Source: a virus | Taxonomy: Duplodnaviria; Caudoviricetes | Direction: 5' to 3' (one strand) | Virus record (IMG/VR): IMGVR_UViG_3300020352_000002 | Span: 1 to 42,156 of that record | Length of the DNA stretch: 42,156 nucleotides | Part shown: positions 8,304 through 16,528 of the stretch, piece after piece | How the letters are laid out: the number at the start of each line of letters is the position of its first letter | Numbering within the stretch: position 1 is the first letter of the stretch | Position numbers and translations under genes: made by a program | Notes under the pieces: generated by a model | Database searches by the model: none | What the model saw: only the letters and a program-made list of their open reading frames with translations | What the model was told of the DNA's origin: nothing

Positions 8304-10220
8304 TTAGATTTCACACTGACCAGCTACACAAGCTAACTCCTGTGTCCCTGTCGTAGTGTCTTCCTTCTCGAACTCACCTAACCTGTCCCAATCTATCTCA
8401 GAGGGTAAAGCCAGTTTAAGTATCTTGTACATATCTTGATCAATAGCCTCGTAAGGGGCTTGCTGGTATACATGGTCAGTCCGTGGTAGGAAGCTGATAC
8501 CTGAGCAGCTATCCAGCCTGTCCCATAACCATTGACCTGCCGCTAAGAACTCAGCATCAGAATAGTAAATAGTTACACTTGGCTTATGCTCACACCAGTT
8601 GTCCTGATAGACTTCCCACAGATCAAGCTGAGTCTTAACGTCTAGCTCATCAACACTCGTAGCACCGTCAGGAGCTTTCACGGGGAACGAGAAGATGTAG
8701 TTCTCCTCATTCATTACGTCTGTCTCCCAAGGCACTCCAGCGTCTTTGAGGAAGTCTGTGATAGGGTCTTTCCCATCGGAGCGTACCCGTCTGATATAGT
8801 GTGGAGAGAACCGAGCGTGTATACCTGATGCACTATCCACTAACTGACTGACTGTACCTGATGGTTTCACACAAGTAATAGCTGTTGACTGATTAAGGCC
8901 TAGCTCGTTAGACCATCGTTTGTTAGTGTCGATGGCTACCTGCTTTAGCCTCAGCAATACGTCACTAAGGATAGGCTGATTAGGGTGATCAAACCATGTA
9001 CCGCTTGTCTGCTTCCCTGAGAGTACCGAGTGATCCATGATGCCTGTCATGCTCACACCAAGTAGGCACTCCTCTTCCGTGTTCTTCTTCCAGACAGAAC
9101 GCACGTAGCGGAAGTCAGTTAAGGATGACTGTAGTGTTCCTAGTATGGTAGCAATCTCAACCTTGCGTTTTAAATCATCAAAGCTATCTGTTGCTCGAAC
9201 TACTACCTCAGAAAGATTACATACCTGAGCTGATCTTAAGATTATCTCCGAACAGGGGTTTGTACCGAACGCATGATCTATATCTCTTCGTCCACTCTTC
9301 TCTGCTTGTTTCTTCGCTGCACTCCTAGAGAAGATACCACGCTCACCAGCCTTTGACTTATAGAGAGCAGTCCATTCTTCCAAGAAGGTTTCAAAGTCTG
9401 GTTTATCTGTGTAGACAGCACTGTTATTAGCAAGCGCCCTTTGTGTATCAGTCTCCCACCAATTACCAGACTTAGCATGACGCATCCGATCATCACTAAG
9501 GTTAGACAAACTAATAAGCGCACTCCTACGGACACCACCAACGACAACAATCTCTGCAACTTTACATACAATATCATGGCATTCTAAACTCGTAAGCTTC
9601 CGTCCGCAAGCAGCTTTAAAAGTGGCAACAGTGAAATGGAACAGAGCAACAAGAGGGTCAGCTCCACTACTACGTCCTCCGAAGGTTTTAAGCCTTTCAC
9701 CTTTTTTACGTAGACGGCTAACATCCCAAGAAGGTACTTGACCCGTATACAAAAGACTAACCAACTCACGGAAAGCTTTAGCCCAACCAATTTTAGAGTC
9801 TTGTACAATGATTGTCGTATCTGTTTCATGGAACTCTTCTGCCACCTCTGGTAGTTTGTTTACTGATTGACGCTCGACTGAGAAGCCTACACCTGTACCA
9901 CACATCAGTACGTATAGGATCTCATCGAACACTCTTACATTATCAACTGCAATATATGAGCAGTTAAAGCCAGCCATGTTATCTCTGTCTAGTGCCTTAC
10001 CTGCTGTCATCAAACAGCGCATAGATGGCATGACATCTTGATTGTAGATGGCTTTGTATAATCGCTCACTTGTATCGTAATCTATCTGACCTCTAGCAAC
10101 CCAAAAGTCTGTGTAACGTCTGACTGTTTCTGCCCAAGTCTCTCGTCTGTTATCTTCTTCTCTCCAACGGGCGTAACGTGACTTGTGTATGTACTGCTGA
10201 TATGAATCCATTTTACTCAT
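8304..10220 (-). CDS. nrdJ: Class II (adenosylcobalamin-dependent) ribonucleotide reductase, monomeric RTPR-like
   Basis: FNC, VGGVRRSA, GTNPCSEI, CNLSEV, TCVKPSGTVS, C-terminal CVAGQC; no beta subunit gene present. Confidence 0.92.
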   Translation of the reverse strand: MSKMDSYQQYIHKSRYARWREEDNRRETWAETVRRYTDFWVARGQIDYDTSERLYKAIYNQDVMPSMRCLMTAGKALDRDNMAGFNCSYIAVDNVRVFDEILYVLMCGTGVGFSVERQSVNKLPEVAEEFHETDTTIIVQDSKIGWAKAFRELVSLLYTGQVPSWDVSRLRKKGERLKTFGGRSSGADPLVALFHFTVATFKAACGRKLTSLECHDIVCKVAEIVVVGGVRRSALISLSNLSDDRMRHAKSGNWWETDTQRALANNSAVYTDKPDFETFLEEWTALYKSKAGERGIFSRSAAKKQAEKSGRRDIDHAFGTNPCSEIILRSAQVCNLSEVVVRATDSFDDLKRKVEIATILGTLQSSLTDFRYVRSVWKKNTEEECLLGVSMTGIMDHSVLSGKQTSGTWFDHPNQPILSDVLLRLKQVAIDTNKRWSNELGLNQSTAITCVKPSGTVSQLVDSASGIHARFSPHYIRRVRSDGKDPITDFLKDAGVPWETDVMNEENYIFSFPVKAPDGATSVDELDVKTQLDLWEVYQDNWCEHKPSVTIYYSDAEFLAAGQWLWDRLDSCSGISFLPRTDHVYQQAPYEAIDQDMYKILKLALPSEIDWDRLGEFEKEDTTTGTQELACVAGQCEI

Positions 10221-10570
10221 CGTTTATCACCTGACCCTTGTAGTGTTCCTCTTGCTTGACGAGTCATTAACTTATCAAGATTATTAAAAGCTACGTCACT
10301 TAAGTTTATACCTAGCCTATCTGCAAGTACTGCTAAGTACCAGAACACATCACCTATCTCTGCGGCCATGTCGTCTTTAAAGTTAGCTGGTTCACCATCT
10401 CTTATTTTCTTTTTTAATTTACCTGCTACCTCACCTGCCTCAGAGCATAGACCTAAAGCAAGATACTCTAGGGCTTGGTCTTCAGGGAAGATGGCAGTTA
10501 AGTTACACTTACTTTGGTAGTAGTCAAAACCCTCAAACATTCCATTCAAATAATCATAATTCATGTGCAT
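10217..10570 (-). CDS. mazG: MazG-like nucleotide pyrophosphohydrolase
   Basis: LGLCSEAGEVAGKLKK...EIGDVFWY...GSGDKR. Confidence 0.85.
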   Translation of the reverse strand: MHMNYDYLNGMFEGFDYYQSKCNLTAIFPEDQALEYLALGLCSEAGEVAGKLKKKIRDGEPANFKDDMAAEIGDVFWYLAVLADRLGINLSDVAFNNLDKLMTRQARGTLQGSGDKR

Positions 10571-10821
10571 TACCAGTTAACCCCTTCGGTTTTTTTCATT
10601 AACTCAATCATTTTGTTTAGATACCAGATAGCTTTCTCTGCATCCTGTATCGGTTTACCTTTTGCCCATATTCTTGAGCCTGTATATTTTATTACATTGC
10701 CGTGACAGTATGAGATAGCTTCCCACTCACCCAGAACATCTACAATGTAATCAATAGTCTCTATCGCACCTGTAGTGTAGTGGGCTGGACTGTTTACCAA
10801 GTCTTCTTCTACGCTGCCCAT
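10570..10821 (-). CDS. DUF3310 / T7 gp1.7-like nucleotide-kinase family protein
   Basis: VNSPAHY, IETID, GNVIKY, DAEKAIWYL motifs. Confidence 0.82.
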   Translation of the reverse strand: MGSVEEDLVNSPAHYTTGAIETIDYIVDVLGEWEAISYCHGNVIKYTGSRIWAKGKPIQDAEKAIWYLNKMIELMKKTEGVNW

Positions 10822-11537
10822 AACTTAACCTCTTTTGTATCAAAGTTGTACTCTCCGTTACGCAGGATACGTGCGAGCCTTGCGTTCTCGATAGCTACCT
10901 CTTCACTGAGGCCATGCTTTTCAAAAGCCTTAACAACAGTTTGCCATGTTGCTCCATGTTGGTCTAAGATACGATCAGCTTTTACCTTACCTACAGTGGG
11001 ACAACCTTTGTAGTTATCAACTGAGTCACCTATTAATGTTTGTGATAGGAAGTGATAGTCAGCTTCGTCCTCAAGCACCTCAACAACTTTACCGTCAAGT
11101 AAATGATAAGCTGGGATAGTGAGTAAGTCTTTATCAGCAGACCAGATAACCGTAGTTGCATCACCGCTTCCTAGAATTCCAAGAAGGTCGTCTGCTTCTA
11201 GCTTATCCTCAAAACGACCGTTGTACTTTTCCGTCAAATATTTTTTAGCAAAATTGAGAAGCATAGGTTTGCGTGTACCAGCCCTGTTCTTCTTGTAGTA
11301 CGGGGCTACATCTTTACGGTACAGCTTGTCACCTGATAAGCAGGTTATAACTTTAGTACAGCCTGACTGTTCAATGATCTTAGACATGAACTCTTCCATT
11401 GCACCAATGACATCTTTCTCATGGGCGTGTAGCGTCCACAATCCGTCACCCCAATCAATAGGAGTCTCAGCGATAGTAGCTGCCTTGTATGCAACGATGT
11501 CTCCATCAACTAACAGTGTTCTATCTATCATCATCAT
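10809..11537 (-). CDS. 5'-3' exonuclease (T7 gp6-like)
   Basis: LVDGD, YKKNR, LEADD, DKDL, GDSVDNYKGCP motifs. Confidence 0.93.
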   Translation of the reverse strand: MMMIDRTLLVDGDIVAYKAATIAETPIDWGDGLWTLHAHEKDVIGAMEEFMSKIIEQSGCTKVITCLSGDKLYRKDVAPYYKKNRAGTRKPMLLNFAKKYLTEKYNGRFEDKLEADDLLGILGSGDATTVIWSADKDLLTIPAYHLLDGKVVEVLEDEADYHFLSQTLIGDSVDNYKGCPTVGKVKADRILDQHGATWQTVVKAFEKHGLSEEVAIENARLARILRNGEYNFDTKEVKLWAA

Positions 11538-11703
11538 CTCCCATCATTTTTTTAAACTCTTTATCGTCCATACGTTCCATCATCAGGCCTAACTTCGCTA
11601 ACCTATATTCAATCATAGCTTGGCCTATCCATCTGATGCCCAGAGCTATACTTACAAAAGCAAAACTGACGACAAGAATAATATTAAGTATGTTGTATTC
11701 CAT
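11521..11703 (-). CDS. Small single-TM membrane protein
   Basis: N-terminal hydrophobic stretch; coupled to neighbours. Confidence 0.6.
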   Translation of the reverse strand: MEYNILNIILVVSFAFVSIALGIRWIGQAMIEYRLAKLGLMMERMDDKEFKKMMGDDDDR

Positions 11704-12098
11704 TAGTCACTCCTATGTTTTATGAGGCGTAGCTTACGTGTCTTGGGATTGAAACTGAGAAGCTGCACACCCATTCGTTTTTGTAGTGCAGAACGTCCTG
11801 TCTTAATTTCATAATCATCTCTGTCTGCACAGTATGTAAGAGTCTTGACATCAAATAAGTAAATCTCATCATCTTTGATGGCCACAATATCAACAGCACC
11901 TGATCCACCACTGTTACTAAAGACTTCAAAACCTTCGTCCCATAACCATGTGATTGCGTAGTGTTCTGCTATGTCTCCCATACGTGTTGTGCTAGTGAGT
12001 GTCCGCCCAACTACTTCCGACTTGGTATTCTGAGTCGAGAGGACATTTAAAATTGAACGCTCGCTCTGTTTCCTTAATGGCCGCTTTAGTGATTCCAC
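11703..12098 (-). CDS. PD-(D/E)XK nuclease, Hjc/Holliday-junction-resolvase-like (true start probably downstream, near 11981-12000)
   Basis: GDIAE...GFEVF...AVDIVAIK...LFDVKT pattern. Confidence 0.7.
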   Translation of the reverse strand: MESLKRPLRKQSERSILNVLSTQNTKSEVVGRTLTSTTRMGDIAEHYAITWLWDEGFEVFSNSGGSGAVDIVAIKDDEIYLFDVKTLTYCADRDDYEIKTGRSALQKRMGVQLLSFNPKTRKLRLIKHRSD

Positions 12099-13716
12099 CT
12101 ATCTCTTCCTCAAGCCCTCTTTTAACCAAGATTTGAACTTCATCGTGAACAAACGCCACTACCGATACTTCTTCGTTAGTGTAGCCTTTACTTCTTATCA
12201 TATTTTCTACAGTTGCGTACCACTTCTTACAAATGATAGCACCTGCTGATTGAAGTAATGTGTTTAGTGCTGCATGGGGGTGACGGATTGGAATTAATCT
12301 TCCGTCTAAACCGTTAATAAACTTATCACCATGCTGTTGTTCTAATCTATTGTTTAGAGCTTCTGTTAGTTTCTTTAACGCAGGAGTCTTAGCCAGAAAA
12401 CGCTTCTTAATCTGACCACCCTCCTTCGCACCTTTACCAATGATCTGTCCTATCTTCTCGTTACCTGCACCGTATAAAAAGCCATAGATAAACGTCTTCG
12501 CTTGTGGTCTAGTTTCAAGACCTGCCGCTTGTTGATTGGCAGTGTGTATATCACCTTCAAGTATCTCTTTACCATACCTACCACCATCATAACGATTCAT
12601 GTAGTGAGCTAGACACCGCAACTCAAGTCCACTCGCATCTGCTCCAAGCAGTGAGTAACCTTCGGGGGCGTGAAACAACTCCCTGCATTCCTTGCCAAAG
12701 GCAGCTCCTGTTGATGGTACTTGTGCCACGTTAGGGTCGCTATGTGTACAGCGAGAAGTGACAGCACCCATGTGATTAACACGCCCATGAATACGGCCTT
12801 TCTTTTCGAGTTTAAGCCATGCTTGTTTACCATTTCCTAATTGTCCTAACCTTTTGTTTAGCATTAAATACTCTGTCAGTAGACGAGCTTCGGGCATATC
12901 AATTCCTGCCAGAATTTTTTCGTCAATTTTCGGATCACCAGACGGAGTAAACTCAGTAGGCTTCCAACCTTTACGTTGTAGTCTGTCTGCTATCTGTTGC
13001 CGAGATGCAGGGTTGAATGGGATAACTTTTGTTTTCGTTTTCAACTCGACTATCGTTGGAGGGAGGCTATCTACTAACTCTGTTTCTATTTCTTGCTTTC
13101 GTGCTGATAGTTTCGTGTAAAGCTGTTGTGCCTTCTCTACATTAAAAGGAAACCCTGTGTGCTGCTGTTGGAGGAGAAGTCGGTTCATCTCGTGCTCTAA
13201 CTGCATTGGTTCTTCAGGGTAGTTCTTTTGCTTTATCATCTCATACAGCTTGACGTTCAACGCTACGTCTTGTACGCAATACTCAAGCATCTCTGGTGTG
13301 TATCGTTCCCACGCACCGTCATGCTCTCCGTAATCACCCTTGTTAAACTTTAAGCGTTGTCCCCAAGCCTTAAGAGAGTGCGAACCTATCATCTTATTTT
13401 CTACAGTACGTTTTAACATATCCTTCTCTTTAAGATTAGGCCATATCAAACGTGAGGCAACGAGTGTGTCGTAAACTTGTCCATAGTAGTCGAAGTCGTA
13501 CAACTTCTTTAACACTGGTAAGTCATAAGCCATGATGTTGTGACCACCAATAGCCCCACCATTAGACTCTTGTTCCTTTAACATATCTAATGCGACATCT
13601 AGTTGTGTAGGGTCGAACCTCCAGACATTACCTGAGTTAGTGTCCTGCATCACAATACAGTGAACAGTAGTGACATCATCAAGTAGGTTGTCTGCTTCTA
13701 AATCAAATATAATCAT
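11992..13716 (-). CDS. Family A DNA polymerase with 3'-5' exonuclease (T7 gp5-like)
   Basis: FDLE, GHNIMAYD, YCVQD, DASGLELR, KTFIYGFLYG, VHDE motifs. Confidence 0.97.
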   Translation of the reverse strand: MIIFDLEADNLLDDVTTVHCIVMQDTNSGNVWRFDPTQLDVALDMLKEQESNGGAIGGHNIMAYDLPVLKKLYDFDYYGQVYDTLVASRLIWPNLKEKDMLKRTVENKMIGSHSLKAWGQRLKFNKGDYGEHDGAWERYTPEMLEYCVQDVALNVKLYEMIKQKNYPEEPMQLEHEMNRLLLQQQHTGFPFNVEKAQQLYTKLSARKQEIETELVDSLPPTIVELKTKTKVIPFNPASRQQIADRLQRKGWKPTEFTPSGDPKIDEKILAGIDMPEARLLTEYLMLNKRLGQLGNGKQAWLKLEKKGRIHGRVNHMGAVTSRCTHSDPNVAQVPSTGAAFGKECRELFHAPEGYSLLGADASGLELRCLAHYMNRYDGGRYGKEILEGDIHTANQQAAGLETRPQAKTFIYGFLYGAGNEKIGQIIGKGAKEGGQIKKRFLAKTPALKKLTEALNNRLEQQHGDKFINGLDGRLIPIRHPHAALNTLLQSAGAIICKKWYATVENMIRSKGYTNEEVSVVAFVHDEVQILVKRGLEEEIGGITKAAIKETERAFNFKCPLDSEYQVGSSWADTH

Positions 13717-13743
13717 AATACCCTCTCGCTGGAGTGGAAATCC

Positions 13744-13756
13744 CCGAACCGTTCGG
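13744..13756. repeat. Palindrome CCGAACCGTTCGG, copy upstream of polA
   Basis: Direct reading; one of seven copies. Confidence 0.85.
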
Positions 13757-13759
13757 AGT

Positions 13760-13924
13760 TTAGTGTTTAGTTTCGGTTGCTGCTAGTTCTTCTTCATAAA
13801 TATCACAGAACTCTTGGTACGTTGGTATCTCTTCTGAGCCTATAGCTAGTAACATCTCTTTAAGTATCTTGTAAGCTGCCATAACTTTTAACTCGTTAAC
13901 TTCTTCATAATCTTCTAGTGACAT
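13760..13924 (-). CDS. Small acidic hypothetical protein (54 aa, MSLEDYEEVNELK...)
   Basis: Not in ORF track; fills the helicase-polA gap; GGGGAAG upstream. Confidence 0.65.
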   Translation of the reverse strand: MSLEDYEEVNELKVMAAYKILKEMLLAIGSEEIPTYQEFCDIYEEELAATETKH

Positions 13925-13933
13925 ATACTTCCC

Positions 13934-15520
13934 CTAAAATGGTACATCATAATCTTCAGCCATACGTCCAGTATCTTTGGAGTAGATAAGCTGACCTGCA
14001 ACACCTGTCTCACCTGACCACCTGTTCTTGAGTATACGTAGCGTGGTCTTATCGGAGTCCTCAGGGTCTTGCTGGTTACGCTCTAGTCCTATCACAATGT
14101 CTGACAACTGGCCGATAGATGCTGATCCACGGAGCTGTGAGAGTGATGTGACGATACCTTCTTCATGTCCCTTGTCACCGCTAGGTCTTCTTAGGTGTGA
14201 GACAACAATCATACCGATGTTCAACTCCTCAGTCAAAGACCTAAGCCTAGTCATTAAGTTATCAATAGTTCTACGCTCATCACCGCCATCCATACCCGAC
14301 ACAACAATCGAGATATGATCAAGTATGATGTACTGGCAACCACAACCACGAGCTAAGTAACGCATCTTGTTGAGTAAGTTATCTGACTCAGTAGAACCCC
14401 AGTGATCATACATAAACACTCGGCCTGTTCCAAGGGTAGCATCGAATGCTTCCTTCAGTTCATCCTTGCGTACATCCTCAAGATGCACGAGCTTGTTTAA
14501 GTGTAAGGACATCAATCCCTGAGCTGTGCGTTTACTGGATTCCTCCAACGCAACGTAGCCTATGGTAGCGCCCTCGTTCAGTAGATGATATGCGAACTCT
14601 CGTGTGAGCTGACTCTTACCTAATCCTGACCCTGCTGTTACAGTAACTATCTCACCTAACCTGCATCCACCTATCTTCTCGTTTAAAGCTGAGTATGGAT
14701 AAGGTACGGTGTGTACGTGTCTCTCTGTAGATACTTCTTCCCACAAGTCAGCACCGTTGATGATACCGTCAGGTTGGAAACTCTTAGCTGCCCAGAACGC
14801 ATCGACTAGCTCAGCAGTACGGCCTGCCATGATCATGTCGCTTGCATCCTTTAGGGGTAGCTTAGCTATCTTCGCCTTGCGTGGTGATAGCAGAGCAGCA
14901 CACTCAAGTGCCGCTTTCTGTCCTACATCATCGTTATCAAACATAAAGACAACAGAGTCAAACGCTTCGAGCCATTCAATAGCTTGTTTGATGTCACGCT
15001 TAGCACCACCAGCTCCTGTCTTAACGGAGACTACAGGCCACTTATGGTCGAAGGCTTGAGACATAGAGAGAGCATCTAGCTCTCCCTCGACTACTGTTAT
15101 TGACTTTCCTTTGTCACGCCAGAGCCATTGTCCGTAGAGACCTGCTTCTTTGAGGTCGCCTCGGACACTGAACTCTTTACCTGCTGTTCTAATCTTCTGA
15201 CCAACGATCTCACCGTTCGGGGTCTTGTGGTTTGCAATCTGCGCTGTGTTACCATTCACCTCTCCAACTACGTAGTCCCAGAACTGACAAGTTCTGTGTG
15301 TTAGTTTACGTTTCTCTAGTGATGCGTGAGAACCGCTTAGTAATCTAAACTTTTTATGGGGCTTCAACTCTACCACTTTAGCCTCCTCTTGGGATTGCCC
15401 GTAAGTTTCACACGCAAAGCAATAGGTGTGTCCGTCAGTATACAAGCTGTTTGCATCTGACGAACCACACTTATCACAAGGGGTGTGCATTAAGAATTCA
15501 CTCTCCTGAGAGCCACTCAT
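13934..15520 (-). CDS. Primase-helicase (T7 gp4-like)
   Basis: Zn finger CDKC...CFAC, TOPRIM EGELD/FDND, Walker A AGSGLGKS, LDHIS, LRGS, KNR. Confidence 0.97.
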   Translation of the reverse strand: MSGSQESEFLMHTPCDKCGSSDANSLYTDGHTYCFACETYGQSQEEAKVVELKPHKKFRLLSGSHASLEKRKLTHRTCQFWDYVVGEVNGNTAQIANHKTPNGEIVGQKIRTAGKEFSVRGDLKEAGLYGQWLWRDKGKSITVVEGELDALSMSQAFDHKWPVVSVKTGAGGAKRDIKQAIEWLEAFDSVVFMFDNDDVGQKAALECAALLSPRKAKIAKLPLKDASDMIMAGRTAELVDAFWAAKSFQPDGIINGADLWEEVSTERHVHTVPYPYSALNEKIGGCRLGEIVTVTAGSGLGKSQLTREFAYHLLNEGATIGYVALEESSKRTAQGLMSLHLNKLVHLEDVRKDELKEAFDATLGTGRVFMYDHWGSTESDNLLNKMRYLARGCGCQYIILDHISIVVSGMDGGDERRTIDNLMTRLRSLTEELNIGMIVVSHLRRPSGDKGHEEGIVTSLSQLRGSASIGQLSDIVIGLERNQQDPEDSDKTTLRILKNRWSGETGVAGQLIYSKDTGRMAEDYDVPF

Positions 15521-15875
15521 CTGGGATAATTTCCTCTGCATATATAAACCCGTGTCTTTCTGCCCATTCAGCACACGTCATTTTAGTGCCGTCTTTGCGT
15601 TTCTTTGCACCTTGCACAGTGCTCTTATTTTTTTGGAATAAAAATCGAATGTCCAAGTCAGGGTGTTGTTCCTTCATGCTTCTCATCTTACGTTGAGCAT
15701 CTTGTCGGAAGTAACCCTTCACCTCGATATACATATCACCTATCTTTAAATCAGGAATGTAATTACGTTCTACCACGTAGGGTAGCTTACAAGGTTCATA
15801 CTCATAAGCTACTCCACGGGCATTGAGGTTTTGTTGGACTCGTTCTTCTAGGGTCGATCTAGAAGTCTGAGGCAT
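15498..15875 (-). CDS. Endonuclease I (T7 gp3-like resolvase)
   Basis: RSTLE, YIPD, IEVKG, PDLDIRF, WAERHGF; likely start MPQT at 15875. Confidence 0.92.
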   Translation of the reverse strand: MPQTSRSTLEERVQQNLNARGVAYEYEPCKLPYVVERNYIPDLKIGDMYIEVKGYFRQDAQRKMRSMKEQHPDLDIRFLFQKNKSTVQGAKKRKDGTKMTCAEWAERHGFIYAEEIIPDEWLSGE

Positions 15876-16470
15876 CAAACGCAACCTCCTCTTTGACAGC
15901 TGCTGTTGCGGAGGGGGCAACATAACCGTCCTCTTCATCGAACACGGAGCTTGCGGAGTTACCATATTCAATAAGATCAATTACCTGAACTGCCTTCAGG
16001 CGTAATGAAACACCTGCCTTCTTCGTGCTAGGCATGACGTAAGCAATCGGTTCAAAGGCAACCTTAACCTTAGATCCGTTACCAATAAGGACACTCTTGT
16101 CCATTGGCTGAACCTTAGCATCAAACACAGCTGGCTCTTGCTCGTAGTATGTACCATCACGTTTTCTAACCTTGGCTTTGAGCTTGAACTTAAACTCAAC
16201 ATTACCAGTGTCATCACCTGTTTCCCTATCATAGACAGGTTGACAAACAGGTTGTGTGGTCAGCGTGTTCTTGAGGCGTGGGTCATTCTCCACTGCTTCT
16301 GCAAACTTCGCTTGAACTATTGATTCTAGTTTCTCACACATCTGAGCTGACTCAGCTTCAGGCATTTGTATGTTGATGGAATAATCACCATCTGGATTAA
16401 ACTTCGTATCAGGCTCAGTTACTTTTGCCCACATAGCTGTACCTGCAATCTTCATAATATTTTTAGACAT
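15859..16470 (-). CDS. Single-stranded DNA-binding protein (T7 gp2.5-like)
   Basis: PDTKF, IGNGS, GVSLRLKAVQV; acidic tail ending in Phe. Confidence 0.92.
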   Translation of the reverse strand: MSKNIMKIAGTAMWAKVTEPDTKFNPDGDYSINIQMPEAESAQMCEKLESIVQAKFAEAVENDPRLKNTLTTQPVCQPVYDRETGDDTGNVEFKFKLKAKVRKRDGTYYEQEPAVFDAKVQPMDKSVLIGNGSKVKVAFEPIAYVMPSTKKAGVSLRLKAVQVIDLIEYGNSASSVFDEEDGYVAPSATAAVKEEVAFDASDF

Positions 16471-16509
16471 ATTAAATATTCCTATATAGTTTAGTTGAAC
16501 GGGGGAGGG

Positions 16510-16526
16510 CTATAGTGCACCTTTTT
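16510..16526 (-). promoter_or_regulatory. Putative phage-RNAP middle promoter AAAAAGGTGCACTATAG
   Basis: Immediately after the RNAP stop and upstream of SSB, as for T7 class II promoters. Confidence 0.8.
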
Positions 16527-16528
16527 GA

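Noticed and set aside
15212-15222. ACCGTTCGGGG half-palindrome inside primase
   Set aside because: Half-site only, within coding sequence; compatible with chance
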